DNA from: Tetramitus jugosus
Lineage: Eukaryota; Protista; Heterolobosea
Reading direction: 5' to 3'
NCBI GenBank assembly: GCA_937625935.1
Contig: OW569370.1
Span: 310,001-374,000, forward strand
DNA: 64,000 bases
Both the position numbers and the translations under genes were made by a program. Every line of letters begins with the position of its first letter. Position 1 is the first letter of the stretch. Shown here in pieces: positions 11,027 through 22,137 of this stretch. The notes under the pieces are model-generated. The model was given only the letters and a program-made list of their open reading frames with translations. It did not search any database and had not been told where the DNA came from.

Positions 11027-12652
11027 ATGAGAAATCAACAAGGCTCCTCGACATCCAATCGTTCCTCTCCTTCAGCACGCACAGGCTTCCCATTTCATCA
11101 GCAGGAGCAACAACAAAAGCGAAGTGATCAACAACAACAATCCCAGCAATACCAATCTCAGTCGTTTTCTACAACAAAGAGCTATGGAGCTAGCACCTCT
11201 CAATCTCCTCCGATGCCGAATCGCTTAATACAACTCACTCAATCACCTCCGATCATACCACCCGCAATCGAAAGGCGAGGATCTCGTTCTTCTTCTCCAA
11301 TCTCTCCGCCTCCTCCACCACCCATGTTATTGGCTAGCATGCGAGAAAAAGAAGATACCAGGCTGGGTATCGCAGATAAGCTTCTAGCTTTCAGAGCAGT
11401 CATTGACGCCCCAGGACCACAACATCATCATAAACAGGAGCAACGTTCTGTCATACCACTACCATATTCAATTCAAACTACTTCATCGTCTGTCTCCTCA
11501 TCTGCTCAGCAACATTCTCACCCTTTGTTAGTGAGTGACAGGGAGACTGTGAATGTTTCTCACGCACAACAACAACAACAACAGTACACAAGTACTTCCA
11601 GTAGTGCAGTAGGAGCCAGTCGAAGATATATGAGGCCGTTAACTGCAACAACATCCAATTCTTCCTCTCACATGGATCCTCACTCGTATTCCTCCTCAGA
11701 TTCTGATAGTAGAGAGGGTATGGAGGATCAAGAAGCTGAATTATTCACACAGAATCATCAGTACAGCCAATATGGAGGCTTGCAAGATGATCAGCAAACA
11801 GCTGGTTTTCACCAAAAGCATCACATATCTCTCAAACATGACCCCTCTTCTCTTCCAAACAAACGCAATAGTCATCCTGATCTATCCACGAGTAGGGCTG
11901 TCTCGAGACGTGGCTCAACTTCCTTTTCACCTCCACCAGCTCAAGAGCACCACAGCGCAAAGAGAAAAAGATCCAACAGTCAACCCACACCTGGTACTGA
12001 AGTGAAAAAGAAAAAGTCTCGAGCAGATCGTGACAAGCAAATTACCAATGATCCGTGTGTCATCTGTGGGCAATTGTGCCCAAAGAGATGTTATCAAGCG
12101 CATCACTATCTTGAGGAATACAAGGCTGTGTTTCCAACCTATGATGGAACGCTGGGTAAAGTCTGCCCTGGTTGTTACTACAAATGCTATGCTTATCGTC
12201 AATCCAGAACGAGAAAAGGATCAGTGAGTTCTTCTGCCTCATCTGCTTCCTCATCTGGATCCATTCATCCATTGGTCGCCTATCAGCAAGCTGCCAGTGG
12301 TCAATGGTCCAGCAACAGTGCTCCACAAGCAAGTAATCTCCAACAGAGGACTATACCCGAATCAGGATCCCATCAGCCAGACTTAGGTGTGAGCCAACAT
12401 GAAGAGAATGCACCTAAACGAGATCGATCTCAAATGGAAGAAGTGCAAGAGAGATCCGGCCAAAGTGTTCCATCAGATGATGAATCACCTTCAAAGAGAG
12501 CAACAGAAAATCTTATCCAACAACTAAGATCTACCTTGGAGGAAAAAGAGCTCGTAATCCAATTTTTGCGCCAGGAAATTAACACTACCAGAAGTAGATT
12601 AGATGAAGTGTTAGCAAAACAATATTCATCTCCACCGAATGACACATCCTGA
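11027..12652 (+). CDS. Ser/Gln-rich putative nuclear regulator with a Cys cluster and C-terminal coiled coil
   Basis: Long ORF; basic NLS-like KRKR/KKKK, then CVICGQLC...VCPGCYYKC; terminal heptads; AATAAA downstream. Confidence 0.65.
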   Translation: MRNQQGSSTSNRSSPSARTGFPFHQQEQQQKRSDQQQQSQQYQSQSFSTTKSYGASTSQSPPMPNRLIQLTQSPPIIPPAIERRGSRSSSPISPPPPPPMLLASMREKEDTRLGIADKLLAFRAVIDAPGPQHHHKQEQRSVIPLPYSIQTTSSSVSSSAQQHSHPLLVSDRETVNVSHAQQQQQQYTSTSSSAVGASRRYMRPLTATTSNSSSHMDPHSYSSSDSDSREGMEDQEAELFTQNHQYSQYGGLQDDQQTAGFHQKHHISLKHDPSSLPNKRNSHPDLSTSRAVSRRGSTSFSPPPAQEHHSAKRKRSNSQPTPGTEVKKKKSRADRDKQITNDPCVICGQLCPKRCYQAHHYLEEYKAVFPTYDGTLGKVCPGCYYKCYAYRQSRTRKGSVSSSASSASSSGSIHPLVAYQQAASGQWSSNSAPQASNLQQRTIPESGSHQPDLGVSQHEENAPKRDRSQMEEVQERSGQSVPSDDESPSKRATENLIQQLRSTLEEKELVIQFLRQEINTTRSRLDEVLAKQYSSPPNDTS

Positions 12653-12734
12653 ACATTCTTGTATTTTTGCACAAAACAAAACCCAATTTTCTTATTCAAT
12701 AAATAATTTCACTGTACATACTAAATACATTGGT

Positions 12735-13393
12735 TTATTGTTGCTGAATTGGTCTTGCTGGGCCACAAGCCGCTTTATGAATAGGCCCTATAGAAAGCAA
12801 TGAATTGATTGTTAGTGAACATTGACACATATATCATTCAACAAAACAAACTTACAACATTGTAAAAACAACATACAATCTTTCACTTGGCACTCACGTC
12901 CACAATAGTACACTTGTTGACACCGAGAACATCTCTTTAGATCAGGTGTCGTCTTTGCACATACCGCACACTTTGCCACCTGTTCTTGTTGATTCTGCTG
13001 TTGTTGTTGCTGCTGTTGCTTTTGAGCCATCTTGTCAACAAATTCAGGAGCATTTCTTGGCAATGCAGATGCCTTGTACATCCATCGACCACTGCTATCA
13101 GCACAAGCTAAGCACAAAACAAACTGATTGTTTGGATCATATTTTACAATACTCGTGTCCAACACATCATACTTTCTCTTCTTTGCCTTGTATTGAGAGA
13201 GATAACCACCGACATAACCATTGAAATCAGCTGCTTCCATCTTCTCAACAGATGAAAACTCAATGTACAGGCATCCTCTTCCTTCTTTTTCATAATTCTC
13301 CTTTGCCTGGCCAAATAGCTCCTCACTGTGAGCCACGATCATGGAAAGTGCAGCTGCAAAAGCCTTCTGACATCTCATGTAATGTTCGTCCAT
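12735..13393 (-). CDS. MYND zinc-finger protein, 2 exons (13393-12877, 12787-12735)
   Basis: CAVC...CSRC...YYCGRECQVKD; removing the intron 12876-12788 completes the motif as DWPIHKAAC. Confidence 0.88.
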
Positions 13394-13658
13394 TTTTTAC
13401 GTCGGTGTTTTTGTTGTTCGAAACGCGGTCAAAAAACGATATTGGAACGATTGAATCACGCAGGGAATCTCCCTTCTGATCAACGTTCAACGAACATTCT
13501 CGTCTGTCAGCGAAAAACGCCAAAAGTCAGAAGGAACAGCCGAACCAAAAAAAATCCCAAAAATTGTTACTTGTTGTTATCAATAGAAGAAGAAGCACGT
13601 TCATCCAACAACAACAACAACAACAACACACAACAACAACATATACCACTACAACAAA

Positions 13659-14660
13659 ATGAACATTTTCAAGAAAAAGGAAGAAAAGCCAGCGTTGCGT
13701 GAAGACACCAAATATGAGAGTGTTCAGGGAACGGGTGCCTCTGTCGAACAATTCAATTTTCCTAGGGCAGCTCCAGGCATGGCCGACCTAATGAGACGAC
13801 TGTATCAAATCCGTGTCGACTGTGGAGCCATTCAAGTCGACAAGTCCGATGCGGAACAACAGGCAGAACAATTGAAGAATATGAGAAAGTTGGACGCGTT
13901 CGAGAGGAGCAAAGTCGAAATGAATGAACTGTTGGAGGAGACGAGAGGCTTCCTCGAAGAGAGAGCCAAGGGAGAGGACGATGCACTGCTGAGGAAGAAT
14001 CTGATCAAGAATATGACTGCGATTGAAAAGTTGTACAAGGAGATGGAACGATTGCAGCACGAAGCAGTCAACAGAAAGGGTATTTGGGCTCAGTTGGGCA
14101 AAACAAAAATGACACCAGAGATGCAACAGCAGAGAGATGATGACTTGAGTCTCATTCACAAACACATTCAACAAGTCAAGAAGGAACATAAGCGATTGTT
14201 GATGGGTAAGAGCAAGTCTTCCTCCTCTGACGACAATAAGAAAAAGAAGAAGAATAAGAAGATTGAGTTTGATTCTGTTGAAAACATGAAGGATATGAGC
14301 AAGGACGATGATAAAAACTTGCCAAAGATTGATATTAGTGCTGGATTGGCTCAATTGAAGGAAATGAAGGACAAGGAGGATCAATACTTGGACATTTTGT
14401 TGAATCAAGTCGGTACGATGGGAGATTTGGCCCAGAGCTACAAGGATGAGCTCGAATTACAGTGTACTCTATTGGACAAGTTGGAAACTGATGTGAATAA
14501 GCACTTGGAAACCATGGGAACTGTAAATAAGAATATGGATAAGCTGATTGAGGCAGCAGGAGGCAATCTTAAGCTAACCATTATCGGTATCTTGATCATT
14601 GTTGTGATTGCCATTGTAGGAATAGGATTCATCTTCTTGAAACAATTCTTGCTCAAATAA
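13659..14660 (+). CDS. Qc-SNARE, SYP7/syntaxin-like, tail-anchored
   Basis: Helical N-terminus, SNARE motif (EDQYLDILLNQV...ELELQCTLLD), C-terminal TM helix. Confidence 0.8.
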   Translation: MNIFKKKEEKPALREDTKYESVQGTGASVEQFNFPRAAPGMADLMRRLYQIRVDCGAIQVDKSDAEQQAEQLKNMRKLDAFERSKVEMNELLEETRGFLEERAKGEDDALLRKNLIKNMTAIEKLYKEMERLQHEAVNRKGIWAQLGKTKMTPEMQQQRDDDLSLIHKHIQQVKKEHKRLLMGKSKSSSSDDNKKKKKNKKIEFDSVENMKDMSKDDDKNLPKIDISAGLAQLKEMKDKEDQYLDILLNQVGTMGDLAQSYKDELELQCTLLDKLETDVNKHLETMGTVNKNMDKLIEAAGGNLKLTIIGILIIVVIAIVGIGFIFLKQFLLK

Positions 14661-14874
14661 TCAACCCAACCAACTCTCCATTGTCCAACATCCAATAAAA
14701 CTCTTCGGTCCGGAAGCGCGACTTTTTATTTCACTCTCGGTTGGGCACACACAAAAAACAATCATCACTACCATTCTCCAAAGATCAATCATTTATTTGA
14801 ACAAGGTCATCGATCATCAACGTCGCCGCCGAGTATACCATTGTTATCATCATCATTCACATCTTTCATGCACC

Positions 14875-16125
14875 ATGTTCGGCAATATCGCTGCAAGGAT
14901 CAAACAAGAAGCTCTGGAAGAAGAAGCACAACAACAAGAGCAACAACAACTTGATCAGCCACAACAAGATGAATTACTTCATGTTGCTGCCATACCATCC
15001 GATCTAGTCAAGCAAGAAGCCGAAGAAGCCGAAGAAGAAGAGCGAGAGATCACAAAGCAAGAAGAAGAAAAATTGATTATAAAAGCAGAAGAAGCAAAAG
15101 AAGAAGAGTCCATTCCCCATTCACCGATTCATTTACAGACAGATGCATCCGATACCATTCTCAAAAAGTTTCATGCGGCGTATGACCTCATTGATGCAAT
15201 GAGAAAGTTGACTGTGGCACCTGTTGATACCATGGGTTGCACATCGACACTGCAAGAAAAGTCAACCAAGGAGCATCGTTTTCAATGCCTCATTTCACTT
15301 GTTTTGTCCAGTCAGACAAAGGATCAAGTTACACATGCAGCCATGAATCGATTGAGACAGCATGGCTGCACTGTGTCAAACTTGTTAAGCAACGAGGCGA
15401 CACCAGAAAAATTGTTGTGCGAGTTGATTTATCCAGTTAGCTTCTATAAGCGGAAGGCTCAGTACATTAAGGATATTTGTCGAGTGTTACACAATCAGTA
15501 CGATGATGATATACCGGATACAGTGGAAGGATTGATGAAATTGAGAGGAGTGGGGCCAAAGATGGCCTATTTGGCAATGTCAGGTGCTTGGATGAACACA
15601 GTTGGCATTGGTGTGGATACACATGTTCATCGTATCTCCAATCGGTTGCCGTGGGTCCACACGAACACTCCAGAGGAAACAAGAAAGCAACTGGAGAGTT
15701 TTGTTCCCAGATCACTGTGGGACCCAGTGAATGTCATGTTAGTTGGCTTTGGACAAACAATATGCAAGCCTGTGGGTCCTCTCTGTGGTCAGTGCAGCCT
15801 CAGAACAGCAAAGTTGTGTGCCTACGGTATTAAGCACTATAATCCAAAAACAGGTAAGGCGAGCACACCATCAAAAATCAAGAATGAGAGTCCAGCGTCA
15901 TCATCGGCTGAAAAGAGGAAACGCAGAGTGAAGAAAGAGAAAGAGTATGAGGAGGATGATGAATCAGAAGATGAAGTAATTCTTAAGAGTGAAGACAGAA
16001 ATGATGACAACGAATACAATTATCCCTTGTCGAACGACATTGAAGATTTAGTTTCTTCGAGTGGTCGTAGAGTAACTCGTGCGGTCTCTAGAAGCTTGAG
16101 TAAACGGGCAAAACAAGAGAGCTAA
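14875..16125 (+). CDS. NTH1: Endonuclease III-like DNA glycosylase/AP lyase
   Basis: LSSQTKD, HhH LRGVGPKMA, GIGVDTHVHRISNRL and a 4Fe-4S Cys cluster (CKPVGPLCGQC...C). Confidence 0.95.
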   Translation: MFGNIAARIKQEALEEEAQQQEQQQLDQPQQDELLHVAAIPSDLVKQEAEEAEEEEREITKQEEEKLIIKAEEAKEEESIPHSPIHLQTDASDTILKKFHAAYDLIDAMRKLTVAPVDTMGCTSTLQEKSTKEHRFQCLISLVLSSQTKDQVTHAAMNRLRQHGCTVSNLLSNEATPEKLLCELIYPVSFYKRKAQYIKDICRVLHNQYDDDIPDTVEGLMKLRGVGPKMAYLAMSGAWMNTVGIGVDTHVHRISNRLPWVHTNTPEETRKQLESFVPRSLWDPVNVMLVGFGQTICKPVGPLCGQCSLRTAKLCAYGIKHYNPKTGKASTPSKIKNESPASSSAEKRKRRVKKEKEYEEDDESEDEVILKSEDRNDDNEYNYPLSNDIEDLVSSSGRRVTRAVSRSLSKRAKQES

Positions 16126-16163
16126 CAGGATACGAGTTTATTCAATCAAATGTGGATTCTGAC

Positions 16164-16451
16164 TTAGGCAGACGAAGTTTTTACGATTGAAGATGTCACA
16201 GATGTGAGCACCCGGAGGCCTAAAGCAAGCAAAATTGTATTCATCGTGTGGGAGTCCTCTGTCGATTCTTCCTCATCTCTATGGAAATTAATCGGTAGTT
16301 CGGGGTCTGTGGAAGCATGGGATTCCGTCCTCCTTCTCTTATTCGAGGAATTTATGTTGTCAGGTTCATTACAAAGTTGCAAAACTATTGCATCCTCACT
16401 GTTATCATCCAAAGCAGAGGGTTGGTCATACTTTCTCTTCAGTTGAGACAT
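16164..16451 (-). CDS. Small hypothetical protein (95 aa)
   Basis: ATG ORF filling an intergenic gap; AC-rich leader; AATAAA on the minus strand just past the stop; basic NLS-like motifs. Confidence 0.5.
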   Translation of the reverse strand: MSQLKRKYDQPSALDDNSEDAIVLQLCNEPDNINSSNKRRRTESHASTDPELPINFHRDEEESTEDSHTMNTILLALGLRVLTSVTSSIVKTSSA

Positions 16452-16822
16452 GACAGATTATTTGGGTTTGTTTCTCTTGTTATTGCTGCTGTTGTTTTCG
16501 GTTGTCCAAGGAGAACCAAAAGTGGTCATCCTCTATCATCATCAAGTCAACCCAATGTTTCTTTTCGAAACTTTTACTCTTGGGCATTGAAGGAGAGGGA
16601 TTGGAATTTCGAACGTTTGAATCTCGACAGCACTTGCCGAAATTAGAGAGGGACATACTGAAGAGCTAAAAATAAGTTGATGAAATCTTTTCTCAGGTTT
16701 CAAGAACGAACAAAAGTTGATGTCAGACAAGAGGTGAGAACAACAAGAAACAACACCATTCTTCGGAGAGAAATTTACACACCACACTTCTGGTTCCAAA
16801 ATATACTAAAAAGTTACACATT

Positions 16823-18286
16823 ATGCGAAGTCCAAGAACTCCGTTGAGCCCGCGCGACCTTACAGTGCGCCTCAACATCTCTGGTCAAATTTTTCAATGC
16901 AGCATGCACACGTTAGCTGCTGAAGATGGCAGCTATTTTTCAAGCTTGGTGAGTTTTCAAGCCATGGCAAACGGATTCCATTGCCAAAGTAGTCAAAAGA
17001 ATCATCACTTGCAACCACCGCCACAGAACCAATATGGTGGTGGTAGTAGCAGTGGTCATAGCAATGGAGCAGGAGTCCAAGAACTTTTTATCGATAGAGA
17101 TCCCACCTACTTTCACTTGATTTTGAATCATTTGAGAGGATATGATATCGCAAACTCGATCGAGCGGTTGAGGGATGACGAACGTGATTTACTGGCGCAA
17201 GACGTTCGTTTTTACAATATTCATTCCATGTTTCGCTACTTTCCACTCATGAGCTGCACCAAAAAATTTGTGGTAGCGTTGGGAGGTCAAGTCAAGGTGT
17301 TTGATGCGAGAACTGGTCGTTGCTTGCACTCCATGGACGCGCATCGCGTCGGTGTCAACATTGTTCGTTCTCCGAGTTGTATTTTGCAACTGTCGGATCA
17401 ACACTTTGTCACGAGCTATAAGAATGAGATGAAATTGTGGGATAGCTTTACAGGTGCTTGTCAATGCTCGTGGTATGACCAATCGGATGACATTACAAAC
17501 TTGTACGCGCTGAATAGTACGTTGTTTGCAAGTCTATCGAGAAATCATGAACTCAAAGTGTACAGTTTACAAACGAGACAGTGCCTGTACTCGCTAGTGA
17601 ATATTCTAGGTATCGTTGTGCTGTCAGACGAACTATTTCTAAGTCAAATGCCCAATGGCTTTATTCACGTGAGGCGGAGTGCGAATAACGAGTTTGTGAG
17701 AACGATTAGTGATGCTCAGGTTTCTTCTTGTATTGTTTCACTCGATGATTGTCGATTTGCTAGTGGCAGTAGTCATTCTGTCAAGATATGGAATGCGATG
17801 AGTGGAGCGTTGGAGGGACAACTATCGGATGTGAATTCATGTTTTGACGATATGACTCGTATGACGAACAATCTTGTGGCAACAAAACATAATCAAGTTG
17901 TTCATCTCTGGAACTTTAAGACACTGACGCGAGAGTACGCCACTCGAAGCTACAGTTGCCCTGGGTTGAGTCAGATTGTTCAGCTAACGGACAATAGCTT
18001 TGTGAGTGTTGGTTGCAGTGCGACGAATGCTCTGTCTTCTCTGTATATCTGGGATATCGCACATGGAAAGTGTTCTCTACCGCATATTAACAAGGGTGGG
18101 TTCACGTTTAAGGATATTGTTCGATTATCGAATGGAGGCTTCGTTATTGTTTGCACAAAGGATGAGGACAATACTGTACGGATAGGTGTTTGGAATCCAT
18201 CATCCGACATCATGTATACTTCAGAAGTTTTATTCGAAAAGACAGATCATCCCTCAGCACACAAGATATCTATCATTTCTTTGTAA
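16823..18286 (+). CDS. KCTD-type BTB/POZ + WD40-repeat protein
   Basis: VRLNISGQIF...FIDRDPTYFHLILNHLR BTB motif followed by degenerate WD repeats (VKVFD, MKLWD, VKIWN). Confidence 0.85.
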   Translation: MRSPRTPLSPRDLTVRLNISGQIFQCSMHTLAAEDGSYFSSLVSFQAMANGFHCQSSQKNHHLQPPPQNQYGGGSSSGHSNGAGVQELFIDRDPTYFHLILNHLRGYDIANSIERLRDDERDLLAQDVRFYNIHSMFRYFPLMSCTKKFVVALGGQVKVFDARTGRCLHSMDAHRVGVNIVRSPSCILQLSDQHFVTSYKNEMKLWDSFTGACQCSWYDQSDDITNLYALNSTLFASLSRNHELKVYSLQTRQCLYSLVNILGIVVLSDELFLSQMPNGFIHVRRSANNEFVRTISDAQVSSCIVSLDDCRFASGSSHSVKIWNAMSGALEGQLSDVNSCFDDMTRMTNNLVATKHNQVVHLWNFKTLTREYATRSYSCPGLSQIVQLTDNSFVSVGCSATNALSSLYIWDIAHGKCSLPHINKGGFTFKDIVRLSNGGFVIVCTKDEDNTVRIGVWNPSSDIMYTSEVLFEKTDHPSAHKISIISL

Positions 18287-18315
18287 ATATGTAAAATTGT
18301 TAGTATTTATTACAC

Positions 18316-19545
18316 TCACTTGGATGTATCAACAATCTTCTGAGTTGCAATGCTCTTGTCGAACAGATCGATGAAATCCTCTCCGAATGCCATGCTTGGG
18401 GTGACGCATCCATAACGATCAACCTCACCTGCCAATACTTTCAAGGTACTCAATATAGCAGATTGTGCAGTGAATTTATAGCCTGGTCCTGCCACTGCTT
18501 CACCTCTAGTACTCTTCTTTCCATCCTTTGACTTGGCAATTGCAACAATTTCTGGAGCAGAAGCGGATGTCTCATCTGGGCCTGGTGGAAGCAAAACCTC
18601 CACCATCTTGTGCAACACTGGCAACAAGAATGGAATCCTGAAGAATAATGACAAAATCCATTGAACAATGAACAAGTTAACAACTGTTCGAACAAATGCT
18701 GGTGCACTAAAAGGGAAATAAACAGTAATGTTAGGAACGCCATCAGTTGAGTAATAAGATGTTGAAACATCGCCCCAACTCACAGCACTGCACTCAACAT
18801 CCTTTCCACTTGGTTCAAAATGGAACTTTTGACACTCAGCAAGCATGTTGACCTTTGTAATGACACCATTTCTTCTGACATGAGTCTTTCCATGATTGAC
18901 AACCATGCCCTCAATCATTGTTTTCAATGTGCCACGAGATACGCCGCTGCCCTCTGGAAATCCGACTGCAATTTGCAATGAATCTGGTGAATTACCCTCG
19001 TGTTGATCACGGTATGCCTTGACAACCTTTCTAGCGAGACAATCGGTTGGAACAACATCGAATCCCACACCAGAAATGATGCAAATCTCTCTCTTTTCTG
19101 CACTGGAATCCATGATGCGATCAGACAAGCTATACTCGAACACGTCAATCTCTCCTGTAATGTCCAAATAGGACACACCAGCACTGACACATGCATCAAT
19201 CATTGGTTTTGCAGTTTGACTGAACGGTCCAGCTGCATTCAACACGGCTCCCACTTTTTGTTCTCTCAGAATTTGTGAGATTTTGGCGACAGACTTTGGA
19301 CCAACAGTAAAGTGAACCGTCTGTTGCTTAAAGTTGAGTTTTTGAGCGAGTTGGGTCACCTTCTTGGAGTCTCTACCACCCAATATCATCATGTCATCTC
19401 TCAACGTGTCATACTTGGAGGCCAATTCAGCAATTAAATTTCCAGTGTAACCTGTGCAGCCGTAGAGCAAGAATCGACCATTGAATTCAGCAGAGGACTT
19501 TCCACACTTCTTGATGAGACGAAGAATCTCTTGTTCAAATGTCAT
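18316..19545 (-). CDS. Saccharopine dehydrogenase-like NAD(P)-dependent oxidoreductase
   Basis: LLYGCTGYTG Rossmann motif, VLNAAGPF, YLDITGE, GVGFDVVPTD, TPSMAFG. Confidence 0.9.
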   Translation of the reverse strand: MTFEQEILRLIKKCGKSSAEFNGRFLLYGCTGYTGNLIAELASKYDTLRDDMMILGGRDSKKVTQLAQKLNFKQQTVHFTVGPKSVAKISQILREQKVGAVLNAAGPFSQTAKPMIDACVSAGVSYLDITGEIDVFEYSLSDRIMDSSAEKREICIISGVGFDVVPTDCLARKVVKAYRDQHEGNSPDSLQIAVGFPEGSGVSRGTLKTMIEGMVVNHGKTHVRRNGVITKVNMLAECQKFHFEPSGKDVECSAVSWGDVSTSYYSTDGVPNITVYFPFSAPAFVRTVVNLFIVQWILSLFFRIPFLLPVLHKMVEVLLPPGPDETSASAPEIVAIAKSKDGKKSTRGEAVAGPGYKFTAQSAILSTLKVLAGEVDRYGCVTPSMAFGEDFIDLFDKSIATQKIVDTSK

Positions 19546-19712
19546 TTGTTGTCAGGTGGATGATTGGATAACGAACGCTTTGTTTCTTTGGGTTTGTTTT
19601 TTCAGGAGATCAATCTTTTATTTTTAGGCAACCTTACGATTCCCCGTCAGAGCGGATCAATAAATATATTATCGGGATAATGGGATCAGGAAAAATGTAC
19701 AGGTGTTGTATT

Positions 19713-21515
19713 CTATGGCGAAGGAGCGAAGAAGAAGCGACCGTCGCTTGAAACCTTGTTGAATCCGGCTGACTGTGGATTGAAAACATACCACATGACT
19801 AACCGAGAAACGAGAACGGAATCCTTTTCATTGTTCGGATCACCATCCTTCTTTAGCAGGCGAACGTTGTCCAACGTGGCCACATAATTCTTGTTCATCA
19901 TATTCCTGAGACACCAGCCCATAGCCATTGCGACATCGGATGGATGGAACAGCTTCGTGTACGATATCTTACCACTCTCTAGATCACTTCTCGAATAGCC
20001 AACCTTGCTCAAGAAGAAATCATTGGCTTGAAGAAGCCCGTTGCTTCCATTGGCCAGAGCCATGCCCATTTGTTCATTGTTGGATGACCATCGACCATCA
20101 CGTATCAACTCACTCAACACCATCTCATGACCCAAGCAAGTGTGCTTTTGTTTCCTCAGTGTGCCTAGTTCACTCTCTAATCGTTGTTTTTGTAGCTTTA
20201 GTGTTTGAACATGCTCTTGCAAGTGTTTCAATCGAATACGTGACAGAATGGGACTCTTTTGTGGAGCTGTCATTGTCGTAGTAGTACTGGATATGGAGTC
20301 ATCCAATGATTCATAGTTGGTAGGTGGTGTAGCACTCTTCTTCTTCTTGCTCTTCTTGCTGCCCCTTGTTGTTTTTGTAGGAGACGTCTTTGATGTAGGT
20401 GTTGTTCTTCTTGCTGCCTTGGTTGGAGTAGTTGTGGTGGTGGCATTCTTTGCTTGATAAGTCTCATCATTGGTCGTCTTGCTGCTTGTTTGCTCAATTG
20501 GGATCGCTGCCTTGTTGACTGTTGTCGTTGACTTGACTGGTAGTCCTATTGTTGGTTGTGGCAATGGAGATGGTGTAAATAGTGAAGTCGATGATGGTGA
20601 TAATGGATCACATGAGAAATGACTATCAAACGAAGTTAGCATCGAATGTTGATCGTGCAATGTCAATGGCGAGAAGGGTGGGAATAGATCACTCAATTGG
20701 AAATAGCCATCTCCACCACCACCATCCAAAAGATTTTCAGTGTTCAAGCTCTCTACTACTTCTTGTGACTCTGTTTCTTCTGGCTGGACATGGTCTTGTC
20801 TTGGTTCAGAGAGCGATGGTTGATTTAGGAAGAATGGCTGTTGCGGCTGTTGCTGTTGCAATGGAACCTTAAAGTATGCTTGTTGTTGTTGTTGATGAGG
20901 AGGAAGCACTTGAGCAGAGGCACTATGATCCAACACGCCCATCACATCTCTCATCTCACCGTTCAACAACAGAAATGGATCACTCATATCCATCATGTTC
21001 ATGGAGCTTTGTATGTGAGGATAAGCCACATTTTTGTTTGTTGCTTGTATGTTGTTGTCGTTGTAACTGTTCGTTACAATGGATAATTTTTGTCGCTTCG
21101 GAGTGGGCTCTTCGGAAGGTACTTGATCAAACATGGAAGGAGGATTATTACTCGTGGGGAAAAGAAGGGTCGACGACGTGGATAAAGTTGTTGACGTCGG
21201 AGAAGCTGTCATTACCATCTGTGGATTATTTTGAGTCAACTGTTGCTGCTGTTGTTGTAGTTGTTGTTGTTGCAGTAATTGTTGTTGTTGTTGCTGTACA
21301 AGTAATTGGTTCTGATAAAATGATGCATCATTCATGTAGTTGTTCAATGGTGGTGGAGGAGGAACGATCAGACCACTCGGAGTTGTTGAAGTAGAGGTAG
21401 TGGTGATAAACAATGGTGGTTGCGAGGAATCGGAAGGAGACAATCTGTTTCTCTTCATATTTGGCTGTTGTGGTTGTTGCTGATAGTGTGGATAATGGGG
21501 TTGGTGTTGCATCAT
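19713..21515 (-). CDS. Gln/Pro-rich putative transcription factor with a leucine zipper and C-terminal PAS domain
   Basis: Leu heptads (LQEHVQTLKLQKQRLESELGTL) followed by PAS-like GLLQANDFFLSKVGYSRSDL...LFHPSD. Confidence 0.7.
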   Translation of the reverse strand: MMQHQPHYPHYQQQPQQPNMKRNRLSPSDSSQPPLFITTTSTSTTPSGLIVPPPPPLNNYMNDASFYQNQLLVQQQQQQLLQQQQLQQQQQQLTQNNPQMVMTASPTSTTLSTSSTLLFPTSNNPPSMFDQVPSEEPTPKRQKLSIVTNSYNDNNIQATNKNVAYPHIQSSMNMMDMSDPFLLLNGEMRDVMGVLDHSASAQVLPPHQQQQQAYFKVPLQQQQPQQPFFLNQPSLSEPRQDHVQPEETESQEVVESLNTENLLDGGGGDGYFQLSDLFPPFSPLTLHDQHSMLTSFDSHFSCDPLSPSSTSLFTPSPLPQPTIGLPVKSTTTVNKAAIPIEQTSSKTTNDETYQAKNATTTTTPTKAARRTTPTSKTSPTKTTRGSKKSKKKKSATPPTNYESLDDSISSTTTTMTAPQKSPILSRIRLKHLQEHVQTLKLQKQRLESELGTLRKQKHTCLGHEMVLSELIRDGRWSSNNEQMGMALANGSNGLLQANDFFLSKVGYSRSDLESGKISYTKLFHPSDVAMAMGWCLRNMMNKNYVATLDNVRLLKKDGDPNNEKDSVLVSRLVMWYVFNPQSAGFNKVSSDGRFFFAPSP

Positions 21516-22137
21516 GTTTGTTGGTTGTTACTTCAAGTAAAAAGAACGGATCTCACGGATAGGATTTTGTTGTTGTTGGAGTCCGGAAACGGGGGAGGTA
21601 CTGTTAATGCGTTCTTTCTTTTGGTTTGCTTGTTTGAAATAAAACAGGTTTTTGGTGAAATTGGACTGTGTGCGCAGATTACTTTTCTCACGTTCTAATG
21701 GCTTTGGAAAAACACGTGTTGGACGCTTTATGCAATTTCCTTTTGTGGACCTAGCGAGGTTAAGATGATGAAGCTTTGGTTGTTGATGTGTGCGGCGGCT
21801 TGTTGTGTTTCGTTGTCTTTGTGTTGGTTGGTGTTGATGAACCAAGATGAATAAAGATAAGTAGAGAGGATGGAAGAGAAGTGTGTGGTTTGGTGAGAGG
21901 TGATGGAAGCAGTTTTTTTTCGAGATTATAAGTTATATTTACGCCGCATCCCCAGGGGGGATTGGCTGTAGCGAACCGATTCGGTGAGCTCTTTTTGTTG
22001 CCTTCTTGCCTGTTTGGGGTGAACTTCTCAAAGTTGGAAAAGTGGTCCGTTGTTCAAAAGCTCGGTGCGCAGTGCGCAAGTCTAAAATGTGGATGATTCC
22101 TGTACTGAGTGAGCTGTTCAGAGCAGATGCTCACTCA

